Shown: positions 8,977 through 19,781, counted from the first letter of the stretch. The stretch: DNA of 64,000 nucleotides from Desnuesiella massiliensis (GCF_001403615.1 NZ_LN879456.1:306078-370077), one strand, 5' to 3'. Numbers and translations: made by a program. The notes: generated from the letters alone by a model not told the origin.

Positions 8977-10086
8977 ATGGCTAAAGCAGGGCTTAGAAAA
9001 TTTATATTTATAATTTTTATCATGATTTTTGCTATAACAATGGTTAGCTGCAAAAATGGCATAAGTAAAGATAAAGGTATGTTTGTTACACAATGGAATA
9101 ACATCTATGAAGGAAAGAATATAAGATTTTATTATGAAGATTCAAAAAGTACATATATGCAAAATTTAAATACAAAATATGATCTGGATAATAAAGTTAA
9201 AGACAGTAAGGATGACCTTGAAAAAGCACTAAAGATTAAGGAATGGGTTCATACATTACTTCAATATAACAAGGGGACTTTTATAGGGAAAGAAGATGCT
9301 ATTTCTATATTAGAAGCTACTAAGGACTCAAAAAAAGCCTCTGATAGGGATTTTGCTATAGTATATTCTGAGACTTTAAGTTCCATAGGAGTTTATAGTA
9401 GAATAGGAGAGTTTAGAGCTAAGGATAGTCAATTTCAAAAGGAAGGATCTTTGTACATATGTGAAGTATGGAACGAGGCTCAGAAAAAATGGATGGCCAT
9501 AGATATAGCAAACAATTGCTATTATGAAGGCAAGGATGGCTTTTTAAGTGCAGCGGAGGTAATGGACAAAGGTCTAGGAGGAGCTAAGCTTATAGGAGTT
9601 AAAGATGCTAAGAAATATATATCTAAAAATAATAAATTTTTCTATTCCTATACTATTTCTATAGATAATACTAAAGCTATAAATAAAAAAAGCAACTCCT
9701 TTATTACCTATATTCCATCTAATACATTACCTGAAATAAAAATACTCAATAAGTATGTAGAGCCTACCATATTTGTTAATAAGCTTGATATATTTAAAGG
9801 TTCTCCTAAAATAGAGTATAAAGATGATAAAAGCGATACTTTAGCTACTTTAATTCTAATGAAGAAGGATCCTAAGGAAGATAAGGATGGCAATTTGAAT
9901 TTTGTTTTAGGAGCGTTTAAAGATAGTGCTATGATAAAGGAGTATTATGTAAGTATTAATGGCTCAGAAATGTCCAAGGTAAATAAGTATATTGATGTAG
10001 CTATTAAAGAGGGTAAAAATATCATAGTCTTATCGGAAGACGGGAAAACTATAGTAAGACAAATTATAATAGAATATAAAAAATAA
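8977..10086 (+). CDS. Putative lipoprotein of unknown function, with a possible degenerate transglutaminase-like core (GSLYICEVW...WMAID).
   Basis: Signal peptide followed by Cys (ITMVSC). There are no other recognisable motifs. Confidence 0.45.
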   Translation: MAKAGLRKFIFIIFIMIFAITMVSCKNGISKDKGMFVTQWNNIYEGKNIRFYYEDSKSTYMQNLNTKYDLDNKVKDSKDDLEKALKIKEWVHTLLQYNKGTFIGKEDAISILEATKDSKKASDRDFAIVYSETLSSIGVYSRIGEFRAKDSQFQKEGSLYICEVWNEAQKKWMAIDIANNCYYEGKDGFLSAAEVMDKGLGGAKLIGVKDAKKYISKNNKFFYSYTISIDNTKAINKKSNSFITYIPSNTLPEIKILNKYVEPTIFVNKLDIFKGSPKIEYKDDKSDTLATLILMKKDPKEDKDGNLNFVLGAFKDSAMIKEYYVSINGSEMSKVNKYIDVAIKEGKNIIVLSEDGKTIVRQIIIEYKK

Positions 10087-10103
10087 TATTTAATATAATA
10101 TAT

Positions 10104-10146
10104 ATACCCTAGAGTGATTTAATTATCACTCTAGGGTATATTTTAT
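10104..10146. terminator. Bidirectional hairpin ataccctagagtgat / atcactctagggtat followed by a T-tract.
   Basis: 15-bp perfect inverted repeat. Confidence 0.6.
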
Positions 10147-10451
10147 GGATCAGTTTAATTTCGTCTTTTACGTATCTAGCAAAATCTAAGGTGGATAAAA
10201 CTACTGCAGCAGCATCATTTGAAATAAGAGAACAATCTGAAAGCGTTAAAGGGTCTACTATTAAAGGGTTTTTATCGGATACTATATTAATATATTGGTA
10301 ATAATTAAAAAAATATATTAATTAATATTGATTATTAATATCAATTGTGATAGTATATAGATAAGAAATAATTGTCAAAGAAAAATACTAATAAAAGATG
10401 ACATGTAAGAACTACATATTAAATAAGTGATTAAATTTGGAGGTAATAATA

Positions 10452-11051
10452 ATGAAACACGAACTACCAAAACTAAAATATGAATATAATGCTTTAGAAC
10501 CACATATAGATGAGATGACAATGAATATACATCATAGCAAGCATCATGCAGCCTATGTAAACAACTTAAACTCAGCGTTGGAGAAATATCCTGAGTTACA
10601 AGAGAAATCCATAGAAGAATTATTAACATCCTTAGAACTGATACCAGAGGAAATAAGAACTATAGTTAGAAATAATGGAGGAGGACATTTTAACCATAGC
10701 TTATTCTGGAATATACTTGGTCCAAACAAAGGAGAGGAACCAAAGGGTATACTACTAGATAAAATTAATAAGGCCTTTGGAAGTTTTGAAAACTTCAAGA
10801 ATGAATTTAATAAAGCAGCAGCTACTAGGTTTGGAAGTGGTTGGGCTTGGCTGGTAGTAGATAAAGAAGGTGAGTTAAAGGTTCTTTCTACTGCAAATCA
10901 AGATACTCCTCTTTCAGAAGGATTCAAGCCTATTCTAGGATTAGATGTTTGGGAGCATGCTTATTATTTAAAATATCAAAATAGAAGACCAGATTATATA
11001 TCCGCATGGTGGAATGTGATTGATTGGGATATAGTTTCACAAAATTTATAA
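10452..11051 (+). CDS. sodA: Superoxide dismutase [Mn/Fe].
   Basis: Motifs HHSKHH and [13 protein letters not shown] lies upstream of the ATG at 10452. Confidence 0.9.
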   Translation: MKHELPKLKYEYNALEPHIDEMTMNIHHSKHHAAYVNNLNSALEKYPELQEKSIEELLTSLELIPEEIRTIVRNNGGGHFNHSLFWNILGPNKGEEPKGILLDKINKAFGSFENFKNEFNKAAATRFGSGWAWLVVDKEGELKVLSTANQDTPLSEGFKPILGLDVWEHAYYLKYQNRRPDYISAWWNVIDWDIVSQNL

Positions 11052-11065
11052 AATGAATAATTTTT

Positions 11066-11100
11066 AATCCTGCATAGAAATTCTTTGCAGGATTTTTTGT
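11066..11100. terminator. Bidirectional hairpin aatcctgca...tgcaggatt followed by TTTTT, between sodA and the convergent membrane gene.
   Basis: Inverted repeat plus T-run. Confidence 0.6.
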
Positions 11101-11104
11101 ATAT

Positions 11105-11581
11105 TTATGAGGAAACAGATTTTGAAGACATATGCTTTTTTGCTTCTAAGGTCACTACAGAGACTACTAAAGGAATTAAAATAAATGATATTAATACCAG
11201 GGCATTGGATATATTAAAACAAGCTATTAGTGGAAAGCTATAAGCATTAAAAACATAAAAGGGAATCCAATTGATATTTAGGCTTATATCATATAATCCT
11301 TTTGAAAAAAACATTAAAGTAGCAAGCCATATAATGATGTTTACGGAGAACACAGAAATTTGCTTTTGAAGGTTTTTATAGATGCTTGCTTCTGGAGAAG
11401 TAAATTTATATATCAAGGAGCAATATAAAATTAAGGAAGCTAGAAAAAATATGCTTCCATAAACTTTGCTTTCAAAGTTACCAAAAAGTATACCGAGAAA
11501 AAGAAAAGAGTAAAAAGTGATAAACCCAACGGAAAGATGTATAATAAATGAGATTAAATTATTTTTTAACATGTATACCAC
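11105..11581 (-). CDS. Small polytopic membrane protein of unknown function.
   Basis: 158-aa ORF with four to five hydrophobic helices. Confidence 0.4.
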   Translation of the reverse strand: MVYMLKNNLISFIIHLSVGFITFYSFLFLGILFGNFESKVYGSIFFLASLILYCSLIYKFTSPEASIYKNLQKQISVFSVNIIIWLATLMFFSKGLYDISLNINWIPFYVFNAYSFPLIACFNISNALVLISFILIPLVVSVVTLEAKKHMSSKSVSS

Positions 11582-11725
11582 CTATTAAAGTATTTGTTAT
11601 TAATATATATGTTGATATAAAATAGATATGATTGGTATACAGAGATTTTTTAATAAAATTATTTTAAAAATATTAATGGACTTATAGACCTATACATTTA
11701 ACAACAAAGAAAGGAAGGTATCTAT

Positions 11726-12049
11726 ATGGATATTAACTTTATTGATAATGAAATTAAAACTAATAGAATAGTGGTACTATATTTTTCTTCAAAAAACTGC
11801 GGAGTTTGTAAAGTGATAAGACCTAAGCTAGTGGAGGTTTTAAAGAAATATCCTAACCTAAAATACATAAATATTGAAGAACATAATGAAAATATATCAA
11901 TATTAGCTAACTACTCAGTTTTTACTTTTCCAGCTTTATTAGTTTTTACAGAAGGTAGTGAGGGATTAAGACAAGCCAGATTCATAGATCTATTTGAGTT
12001 TGAGGAATATATAAGTAGACTTTACAATATATTATATAAGGAAAAATAA
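11726..12049 (+). CDS. Thioredoxin-fold protein with a CxxC motif.
   Basis: The NCGVCK motif at the position typical for thioredoxin. Length is 107 aa. Confidence 0.55.
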   Translation: MDINFIDNEIKTNRIVVLYFSSKNCGVCKVIRPKLVEVLKKYPNLKYINIEEHNENISILANYSVFTFPALLVFTEGSEGLRQARFIDLFEFEEYISRLYNILYKEK

Positions 12050-12174
12050 CCTTCATTACCAGTGCAATTCTTAAAGATTTCATAAATTTTATTTAGAAGC
12101 ATAGACATTAGACTAGGAGACTTTTATAATGGATAGGTAGTACTAAGTGGAAAACAGAAAGTGAGTGAATAAGA

Positions 12175-12999
12175 ATGTTATTATTACATGCCATAATTAT
12201 AGCAATAGTAGAAGGAATTACTGAGTTTTTGCCAGTTTCTTCAACAGGACATATGATTATTGTTGGGGATATTATTAATTATAAAGCTACAGCAGGGGAA
12301 GCCTTTGTTGAAATGTTTGACGTGGTAATTCAATTGGGAGCCATTTTAGCCATTGTGGTGCTTTATTGGAAAAAGATCATGGATTCTTTGAAACATTTTA
12401 GCGAATACGGCTTTAAGCTTTGGACATCGATAATAGTAGCCTTTATACCATCGGCAGTTATAGGACTTTTACTTCATAGTACCATAAAGGCTAAGTTGTT
12501 TAACTCTTTGACTGTAGCTCTAGCTCTTGTTTTTGGAGGATTTATGATGATTTATTTTGAAAAGACCTACAGAAAAAGAGCTGTCACTAAAAAAATTGAG
12601 GATGTTAATGTGAAACAAGCGATAAAAATTGGATTATTCCAATGCTTGGCTTTATGGCCAGGTATGTCAAGATCAGCTTCTACAATAATGGGAGCCTGGA
12701 TAAGTGGATTATCTAATGCAGCAGCAGCAGAGTTTTCGTTTTTTTTAGCTCTTCCAACTATGGTAGCTGCTTCAGGGTTAGAGTTAATAAAAACAGATTT
12801 CTCAGGTTTTAATAGTTCGCATTATATAGCACTGGCAGTAGGTTTTGTGGTAGCTTTTTTAGTAGCTTTAATAGTAGTAGACAAGTTTATCGCCTTCCTA
12901 AAAAGAAAGCCTATGAGGATTTTTGCTATATATAGAATTTTTATAGGAATTATCTTGATTATTTTAATATCTACAAAAGTAATTTCTTATGTACAATAA
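12175..12999 (+). CDS. uppP: Undecaprenyl-diphosphatase.
   Basis: The N-terminus EGITEFLPVSSTGHMII is the UppP/BacA signature. The protein has eight TM helices. Confidence 0.85.
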   Translation: MLLLHAIIIAIVEGITEFLPVSSTGHMIIVGDIINYKATAGEAFVEMFDVVIQLGAILAIVVLYWKKIMDSLKHFSEYGFKLWTSIIVAFIPSAVIGLLLHSTIKAKLFNSLTVALALVFGGFMMIYFEKTYRKRAVTKKIEDVNVKQAIKIGLFQCLALWPGMSRSASTIMGAWISGLSNAAAAEFSFFLALPTMVAASGLELIKTDFSGFNSSHYIALAVGFVVAFLVALIVVDKFIAFLKRKPMRIFAIYRIFIGIILIILISTKVISYVQ

Positions 13000-13010
13000 T
13001 TTATTTTCTA

Positions 13011-13046
13011 AAACTCTTTAGATTGGTAAATCTAAAGAGTTTTTGC
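13011..13046 (+). terminator. Hairpin aaactctttagat...atctaaagagttt followed by TTTT, after uppP.
   Basis: Inverted repeat plus T-run. Confidence 0.6.
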
Positions 13047-13293
13047 TTATACTTATATATAATTCTAAAATATTTTTAAATAAATTTATAAATGTTGAAG
13101 AAACTATTATTGAAAAATACTTTTGGATAACAATATATATGCTACACTAAAGGAGGAGATAAGACTAAAAAATATATCATATTTTTAAAAAAATAGTCAT
13201 ATTTAGAAGAATAACAAATTTTCACAGACCTTGTTCAATATAGTGAATTTTGAGTGTATAATTAAATAAAATAGAGCTTGGAGGGATTTGGAT

Positions 13294-14391
13294 ATGGCAG
13301 AAAAGATAAAAAAAATAGCACTATTGACCGGTGGCGGAGATTGCCCAGGTTTAAACGCAGTTATAAGAGCGGTAACAAGAACAGCGATTTTGCAGTATGG
13401 ATATGAGGTTGTAGGATATAAATTTGGTTATAGAGGACTTTATAATAATGAGCTAATTCCATTAACTTTGGATACAGTTTCAGGTATACTTCATAGAGGC
13501 GGAACAATACTCTATAGCTCTAATAAAGATAATCTATTTGATTATACTGTAGAAGAAAACGGTGTTTCTGTAAAGAAAGACGTTTCAGACGTGGCGGTAG
13601 AGAATTTGAAGAAAGAAGGAATAGATGCTCTAGTAGTTATTGGAGGGGATGGAACCCTTACTAGTGCGAGAGATTTTGGCAGAAAAGGTGTAAATGTTGT
13701 CGGTGTTCCTAAAACTATAGATAATGATTTGGCAGCTACTGATGTAACTTTCGGCTTTAATACAGCTATAGATGTTGCTACAGAAGCTTTAGATAGATTG
13801 CATACTACAGCAGAGTCCCATCATAGAATAATGATATGTGAAGTTATGGGAAGAAATGCTGGATGGATAGCTTTAGAAGCTGGTATTGCGGGTTCAGCTG
13901 ACGTAATCTTACTTCCTGAAATACCTTATGACATAAATAAAATAGTGGCAAAAATAAAAGAGAGACAAAAACAAGGTAAGGTATTTAGTATTATAGTAGT
14001 AGCAGAAGGAGCTAAATCTCTAGATGGTGAAGTGGTTGTAAATAAAGTGGTGGCCGATAGTCCAGATCCTATAAGATTAGGTGGTATTGCAAATAAATTA
14101 GCTTATGATTTAGAACAATTGATAAAAGATAATGAAATAAGAAGCACTATTTTAGGTCATATTCAAAGAGGTGGAAATACTTCAACTTATGATAGAATAT
14201 TATCTACCAGATATGGAGTAGCCGCTGTTGAGTTAATAAATGAAGGTAAATTTGGAAATATGGTATGCTTAAAAGGAAATTCCATATCCTATGAAAGCTT
14301 AGAGAATGTTATTGGACATACAAAAAATGTAGATCCAAATGGTGAAATAGTAACTGTGGCTAGAAAAATTGGAATATCTTTCGGGGATTAA
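13294..14391 (+). CDS. pfkA: ATP-dependent 6-phosphofructokinase.
   Basis: Motifs GGDCPGLNA, GGDGTLTSA and MGRNAGWIA. The ATG at 13294 follows GGAGGGA. Confidence 0.9.
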   Translation: MAEKIKKIALLTGGGDCPGLNAVIRAVTRTAILQYGYEVVGYKFGYRGLYNNELIPLTLDTVSGILHRGGTILYSSNKDNLFDYTVEENGVSVKKDVSDVAVENLKKEGIDALVVIGGDGTLTSARDFGRKGVNVVGVPKTIDNDLAATDVTFGFNTAIDVATEALDRLHTTAESHHRIMICEVMGRNAGWIALEAGIAGSADVILLPEIPYDINKIVAKIKERQKQGKVFSIIVVAEGAKSLDGEVVVNKVVADSPDPIRLGGIANKLAYDLEQLIKDNEIRSTILGHIQRGGNTSTYDRILSTRYGVAAVELINEGKFGNMVCLKGNSISYESLENVIGHTKNVDPNGEIVTVARKIGISFGD

Positions 14392-14395
14392 TATT

Positions 14396-14428
14396 TAGGC
14401 ACTAATTCTTATAGAATTAGTGCCTTTA
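14396..14428 (+). terminator. Hairpin aggcactaattc-ttat-agaattagtgcct after pfkA.
   Basis: 12-bp inverted repeat. Confidence 0.5.
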
Positions 14429-14552
14429 ATTAGGAAATGTTCTGCAAGAAAATATTCATAGTTTTTGAATATTTTTGAAAGCAATGTTTAACAATTGCAT
14501 ATTTTGTGATATTATTATCTTAGTAATATAAAAGAGAAAGCTGGAGGTAAAA

Positions 14553-15332
14553 ATGAAGGAAATTAAGAGATACTTGGAATCCAGAATAGGACAATATAGT
14601 TTTTACTTTGAAGATTTAGATGGTGGATATATTTATGGTTTTAATGAAAACGTTAAAATGACTTCTGCAGGTTGTATGAAGCTCCCAGTAGCCATGGCGT
14701 TATTTAAAGAGATAGAAAATAATAAAATAAGTTTAGATACAAAGCTAAGTATTTGCGGAGATGATAAGGTATTTGGAACAGGAATAATTCATGAGTTTTG
14801 TGAGAGAGATTATACAGTTTTAGAGCTAGTAATAGCTATGCTAATTCAGAGTGATAATACAGCTGCAAATAAGATCATTGACGTGCTTGGCATTGAGAGA
14901 ATTAATGAGATAATTAAAGACATGGGATTAAGTAATACTGAGTTAAACAGAAAAACAATGGACGAAAAGAATGTAAGAGATGTAGTAGAAAATTTAACTA
15001 GTAGCTTTGATTTATGTAAATGCTGGAAACACTTATATAAACATACATATTTAAGTGAAGAGCATAGCAATAAATTAATAGATATATTAAGAAGACAACA
15101 ACTAAAAAATAAAGTAGCTTTCTATATACCTGAGAATTTTAAGCAAACTATAGCTAGTAAATCAGGAGATTTAGAAGGGATAGAAAATGATACTTCTATA
15201 ATTCAAATCCCTAAGGGGAATTTTGCTTTTACAGTAATGTCAAAAGGTGTTCCTAATAATGTTTACGGAAATGTTACTGTGGCCAAGTGCGGTAAAATGG
15301 TTTGGGATATAATAAATAATGATTGGAAATAA
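14553..15332 (+). CDS. Class A beta-lactamase-related serine hydrolase.
   Basis: SDN loop (IQSDNTAANK) and KSG motif (ASKSGDLEG). No signal peptide was seen. Confidence 0.55.
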   Translation: MKEIKRYLESRIGQYSFYFEDLDGGYIYGFNENVKMTSAGCMKLPVAMALFKEIENNKISLDTKLSICGDDKVFGTGIIHEFCERDYTVLELVIAMLIQSDNTAANKIIDVLGIERINEIIKDMGLSNTELNRKTMDEKNVRDVVENLTSSFDLCKCWKHLYKHTYLSEEHSNKLIDILRRQQLKNKVAFYIPENFKQTIASKSGDLEGIENDTSIIQIPKGNFAFTVMSKGVPNNVYGNVTVAKCGKMVWDIINNDWK

Positions 15333-15384
15333 AAAATATTGACAGCTATTATATTAAATGCTATGCTATATAGCAAGAAAGCCT

Positions 15385-15490
15385 TTAATTTGATCCTGAG
15401 AGGTCAATAAGGAATGTATAATGATGCTAGATTGTTATTTCATGTTGGTACAATTATGCCTTCCTTAAATAAGGAAGGCATTTTTTATAT
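15385..15490 (+). promoter_or_regulatory. PyrR-type transcription attenuator. It consists of a PyrR-binding loop GAUCCUGAGAGGUC (15392-15405), an anti-terminator segment aaggaa, and the terminator tgccttcctta-aat-aaggaaggca followed by T7 (15457-15488).
   Basis: The loop matches the ARUCCNGNGAGGYU consensus at 12 of 14 positions. It lies 45 nt upstream of the pyrB start. An upstream TTGACA is at 15339. Confidence 0.6.
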
Positions 15491-15533
15491 GCCCTTTAAA
15501 TTTAACACTGTGATGTTAAAAAGGAGTGATTTT

Positions 15534-16457
15534 ATGTTAAAAGGTAGACATTTATTAGATCCTATGGATTTTTCAATCCAAGAGACTTATGAAGTTCTTA
15601 AATTAGGAAAAGAAATTTCAAACAATCCTGAAAAATTTACTCATCTCTGTGATGGCAAAATTTTAGCCACACTCTTCTATGAACCAAGCACTCGTACCAG
15701 ATTTAGTTTCGAGGCAGCAATGCTTAGACTAGGCGGTAGTGTCATAGGCTTTTCTGAGCCGAGCTCTAGCTCTGTAGCCAAAGGTGAAAGCATTGCTGAT
15801 ACCATTAGAACTGTTGCGTGCTATGCAGATATTGTGGCTATGAGACATCCTAAAGAAGGCTCTGCAAGAGTAGCCTCTCTATATTCAGAAGTTCCAGTAA
15901 TTAATGCAGGGGATGGAGGACACCAACATCCTACTCAAACCTTAACGGATTTATTGACTATAAATTGCGTAAAAGGAGATTTATCTAATAAAGTAATTGG
16001 TGTGTGTGGAGATTTAAAGTTTGGTAGAACAGTTCATTCATTAATAAAAGCAATGTCAAGGTATGAAAATAATAAATTTATCCTCATCTCGCCTAAAGAA
16101 TTGAGCGTTCCAGATTATATAACAAAAGAAATATTAACAAAGAATAACATAGAGTTTTTAGAAGTTGAAAAGATTGATGATGTTATAGGACAACTGGATA
16201 TTTTATATATGACAAGAGTTCAAAGGGAAAGATTTTTTAATGAAGAAGAATATTTAAGGCTTAAGGACAGCTATATATTAGATGCCGCAAAAATGAAGAA
16301 TGCAAAAGAGGATATGATGATATTACACCCCCTACCTAGGGTTAATGAAATAGCATACGAAGTAGATGTAGATCCTAGAGCTTGCTATTTTAAACAAGCT
16401 AAATATGGAATGTATGTTAGAATGGCTTTGATACTAAAACTCTTGGGGGTGAAATAA
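15534..16457 (+). CDS. pyrB: Aspartate carbamoyltransferase catalytic subunit.
   Basis: Motifs STRTR and HPTQ. The ATG at 15534 follows AAGGAG. The ORF-track N-terminal extension overlaps the attenuator. Confidence 0.9.
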   Translation: MLKGRHLLDPMDFSIQETYEVLKLGKEISNNPEKFTHLCDGKILATLFYEPSTRTRFSFEAAMLRLGGSVIGFSEPSSSSVAKGESIADTIRTVACYADIVAMRHPKEGSARVASLYSEVPVINAGDGGHQHPTQTLTDLLTINCVKGDLSNKVIGVCGDLKFGRTVHSLIKAMSRYENNKFILISPKELSVPDYITKEILTKNNIEFLEVEKIDDVIGQLDILYMTRVQRERFFNEEEYLRLKDSYILDAAKMKNAKEDMMILHPLPRVNEIAYEVDVDPRACYFKQAKYGMYVRMALILKLLGVK

Positions 16458-16458
16458 T

Positions 16459-16890
16459 ATGGTTACCATTAATAGCATAAAAAAGGGTATAGTCATAGAT
16501 CATATTCAAGCGGGATTAGGAATTAAGATCTTTAATTATCTCAAATTGGATAAGGCTAATTATACTGTGGCTCTGATAATGAATGCACCTAGTTCAAAGC
16601 TAGGTAAAAAAGACATAATAAAAATAGAGAATGAACTAGATATAGATTATACGGTACTAGGATTATTAGATCCTTCTATAACTATAAATATTATAGACAG
16701 GGAAAATATAGTTGAAAAGCTAAAGTTAGAGCTGCCTAGTAAGGTAGAAAATATAATAAAATGCAAGAACCCAAGATGTGTAACAACTATAGAATCTAAT
16801 ATTTCACAGGAATTTTATTTAGCAGATAGAGAGAAAGTTGAATATAGATGCTGCTACTGTGATGAAGTCGCAATGATATCAGAAATATAA
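16459..16890 (+). CDS. pyrI: Aspartate carbamoyltransferase regulatory subunit.
   Basis: C-terminal zinc-binding cysteines CKNPRC...CCYCDE. Confidence 0.85.
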   Translation: MVTINSIKKGIVIDHIQAGLGIKIFNYLKLDKANYTVALIMNAPSSKLGKKDIIKIENELDIDYTVLGLLDPSITINIIDRENIVEKLKLELPSKVENIIKCKNPRCVTTIESNISQEFYLADREKVEYRCCYCDEVAMISEI

Positions 16891-16921
16891 AAAGTAAAAT
16901 AAGCAGTTTGGAGGTAGCACT

Positions 16922-18121
16922 ATGGAACTTTTGATAAAAGATGTACAGGTTATTGACCATGCACAGGATTTTATAGGGGATGTTTATATAAAATTTGGTA
17001 AAATAATGGAAATGGGTAGAGAACTAAATAAAAATTGTGAAGTCATAGAAGGAAGGGGATTAAAGCTTCTTCCAGCTTTTGTGGATCTTCACAGCCACTT
17101 TAGAGAACCTGGGTATACCTATAAAGAGGATATATACACTGGGAGCCTAGCAGCTTTAAAAGGAGGTTTTACAGCAGTTAACTTAATGGCTAACACTAAT
17201 CCTATATGCAGTAATAACGAAGTTTTAAAACTTGTAATGGATAAAAGTAAAGAATATGATCTTGTGGATATACATCAATGTGTTTCTATAACAGAGAACT
17301 TGCAGGGAAGTGAAATATCACATTTAGATAAAATTTCAAAGGATTTTCATGTGAAATTTATATCCGATGATGGTAAAGGTGTTGCAGATACTAAAGTAAT
17401 GATAGATGCTATGAATAAAGCTAAGGAAAAAAATATAACAATTATTTCTCATGCTGAAAGTCCAGAGCTTTCAGAGATAGATATGAGATTAGCTGAAAAC
17501 ACTATGACTTGGAGAGATATAATGCTTTCAAAGTTTACTGGAGCTAAATTACATCTGGCTCATGTAAGTACCAAAGAAGCTATGAAATATATTATAGATG
17601 CAAAGGATGAAGGGACGAATATAACCTGTGAAGTTACTCCTCATCATATAGCATTTACTGAAGACTATAGTTATAGGGTAAATCCTCCCTTAAGAAAGGA
17701 AGAGGACAGGGATTTCTTAATAAAGGCTATTAAGCTAGGATATGTAGATGCTATAGCTACGGATCATGCACCACATAGCGAAGAAGATAAAGCCAAGGGT
17801 GCCCCAGGAATGATTGGATTAGAAAGTGCCTTTATGGTATGCTACACTGAATTAGTGAAAAAAGGACATATAGATATCAAAGCTTTATCTAAAATTATGT
17901 CCTATAACCCCAGCAGAATAATGGGATTAAACAAAGGACAAATAAGTATAGGCTATGCTGGAGACTTTGTTTTAGTAGATACAGAAAATAAGTATAAGTT
18001 TGATATTGATAATATTAGATCTAAAAGCCACAATAGTCCATTTATAGGATATGAAGGTTATGGAAAGATTATGGCCACCATAAAAGCAGGTAGAATACTT
18101 TACAGAGGAGATGGAGTTTAA
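16922..18121 (+). CDS. pyrC: Dihydroorotase.
   Basis: Motifs DLHSHFREPG and DHAPH. Confidence 0.85.
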   Translation: MELLIKDVQVIDHAQDFIGDVYIKFGKIMEMGRELNKNCEVIEGRGLKLLPAFVDLHSHFREPGYTYKEDIYTGSLAALKGGFTAVNLMANTNPICSNNEVLKLVMDKSKEYDLVDIHQCVSITENLQGSEISHLDKISKDFHVKFISDDGKGVADTKVMIDAMNKAKEKNITIISHAESPELSEIDMRLAENTMTWRDIMLSKFTGAKLHLAHVSTKEAMKYIIDAKDEGTNITCEVTPHHIAFTEDYSYRVNPPLRKEEDRDFLIKAIKLGYVDAIATDHAPHSEEDKAKGAPGMIGLESAFMVCYTELVKKGHIDIKALSKIMSYNPSRIMGLNKGQISIGYAGDFVLVDTENKYKFDIDNIRSKSHNSPFIGYEGYGKIMATIKAGRILYRGDGV

Positions 18122-18984
18122 TGCATGTAATGGATAGATTATATGAAAGCGTATCAAGGAAAGGAATAGTATGCCTAGGGTTAGATACTAGTTTGGATTA
18201 TATACCACAAGAGTTAAAAAATAGTTTTCATAATATAGAAGATTTATTATTTGAATTTAATAAAAAAATAATAGATGCTACAGAGGATAAGGTAGCTTGC
18301 TTTAAGGTGCAAATAGCATACTACGAAGCTTTAGGGCTAAGTGGATTAAAAGCCTACTCAAGGACTCTTAAGTATTTAAAGGAAATAGGGTCAATAACCA
18401 TAGCGGATATCAAAAGAGGAGATATTGCGGATACTGCAAGAATGTACGCGAGAGCTCATTTCCAAGGGGATTTCGAAGCGGATATTATAACTTTAAGTCC
18501 TTATATGGGGTTAGATAGTATAGAGCCCTATGTAGATTATTTAAAGAATAAGGAAAAGGGCGTGTTTGTTCTAGTAAGAACCTCAAACAAGGGTGCCGAG
18601 GATATACAGTATATTGAACATGCGCAGGGTGAAAAAATATATAATACTGTAGGTAAAAAGATTCAAAAGTTAGGTGAAGGTTTGATAGGCGAAAAAGGCT
18701 ATAGCTCTATAGGAGCAGTAATAGGATGTACGCATGTAGAAGAAGCAAAACAAATTAGAGAAGAACTCAATAGCACATTTTTTCTAATACCTGGTTATGG
18801 AGCTCAAGGTGGTAAAGCAGAGGATGTAGCTTTATATCTAAAGGCAGGTAATGGCGGAGTAGTAAATTCATCAAGAAAAATTCTTTTAGCTTATAAAGAG
18901 CGTAACAGTAGGGATTTTGCCCTCTGTGCCAGAGAAGAAGCTATAAGAATGAATGATGAAATAATGAGCAAGATAACTACTTAA
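18121..18984 (+). CDS. pyrF: Orotidine-5'-phosphate decarboxylase (long type 2 form).
   Basis: The start overlaps the pyrC stop (taATG). The DIKRGDI region is present. Length is about 287 aa. Confidence 0.85.
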   Translation: MHVMDRLYESVSRKGIVCLGLDTSLDYIPQELKNSFHNIEDLLFEFNKKIIDATEDKVACFKVQIAYYEALGLSGLKAYSRTLKYLKEIGSITIADIKRGDIADTARMYARAHFQGDFEADIITLSPYMGLDSIEPYVDYLKNKEKGVFVLVRTSNKGAEDIQYIEHAQGEKIYNTVGKKIQKLGEGLIGEKGYSSIGAVIGCTHVEEAKQIREELNSTFFLIPGYGAQGGKAEDVALYLKAGNGGVVNSSRKILLAYKERNSRDFALCAREEAIRMNDEIMSKITT

Positions 18985-19004
18985 TATACAGATGGAGGCA
19001 TAAG

Positions 19005-19757
19005 ATGAAACCTGATTACAAAAAGTTAAGAATATATGAAAATATAGAATTATGCAGCGGAATTTATAAGATGGTATTAGAGAGAGAAGAGGCTATGGAT
19101 ATTAATCCAGGACAGTTTTATATGTTGAAAGCAGAGGTTATGGAACCTCTACTAGGAAGACCTATCAGCTTATGCAGCTATGACAAAGACAGATTGGAAT
19201 TTATATATCAGGTATATGGAAAAGGTACTGAAATATTTAGTAAATTAAAATCTGGAGATTATATCAATGTACTTGGACCTTTAGGCAACGGCTTTGACCT
19301 TCGAGAGGCAGTAGGAAACATTGCAATAGTGTCAGGGGGGATTGGCATAGCCCCTATGAAGGAACTAGCAAAATCCATAAATAAAGCAGGGCTTCACAGT
19401 AATGTAGATTTATATTCAGGATTTAGAGATGAGATTTATCTTATTGATGACATAAAACCCTATGTAAATAAGGTTTCTATATCTACAGACACTGGAAGCA
19501 GAGGACATAAGGGTTTTGTTACAGATATATTTGATCCTAGTAAGTATGATGTAGTATTTTGCTGTGGACCAGAATTAATGATGAAAAATGTAGTAGAAAC
19601 GTGTAAAAGTAAAGCTGTAAAAGTATATGTATCTACAGAAAAGCATATGGCTTGCGGAGTTGGTGCGTGCTTAGTTTGCACCTGCAAGACCAAATTTGGT
19701 AATAAAAGAAGCTGTAAGGACGGTCCTGTGTTCTTAGGAGAACACATTGTATTTTAA
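19005..19757 (+). CDS. pyrK: Dihydroorotate dehydrogenase electron-transfer subunit (FAD/2Fe-2S).
   Basis: C-terminal cluster CGVGACLVCTC. Confidence 0.85.
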   Translation: MKPDYKKLRIYENIELCSGIYKMVLEREEAMDINPGQFYMLKAEVMEPLLGRPISLCSYDKDRLEFIYQVYGKGTEIFSKLKSGDYINVLGPLGNGFDLREAVGNIAIVSGGIGIAPMKELAKSINKAGLHSNVDLYSGFRDEIYLIDDIKPYVNKVSISTDTGSRGHKGFVTDIFDPSKYDVVFCCGPELMMKNVVETCKSKAVKVYVSTEKHMACGVGACLVCTCKTKFGNKRSCKDGPVFLGEHIVF

Positions 19758-19781
19758 TTAATTTCTTCATAGGAGGAACAT

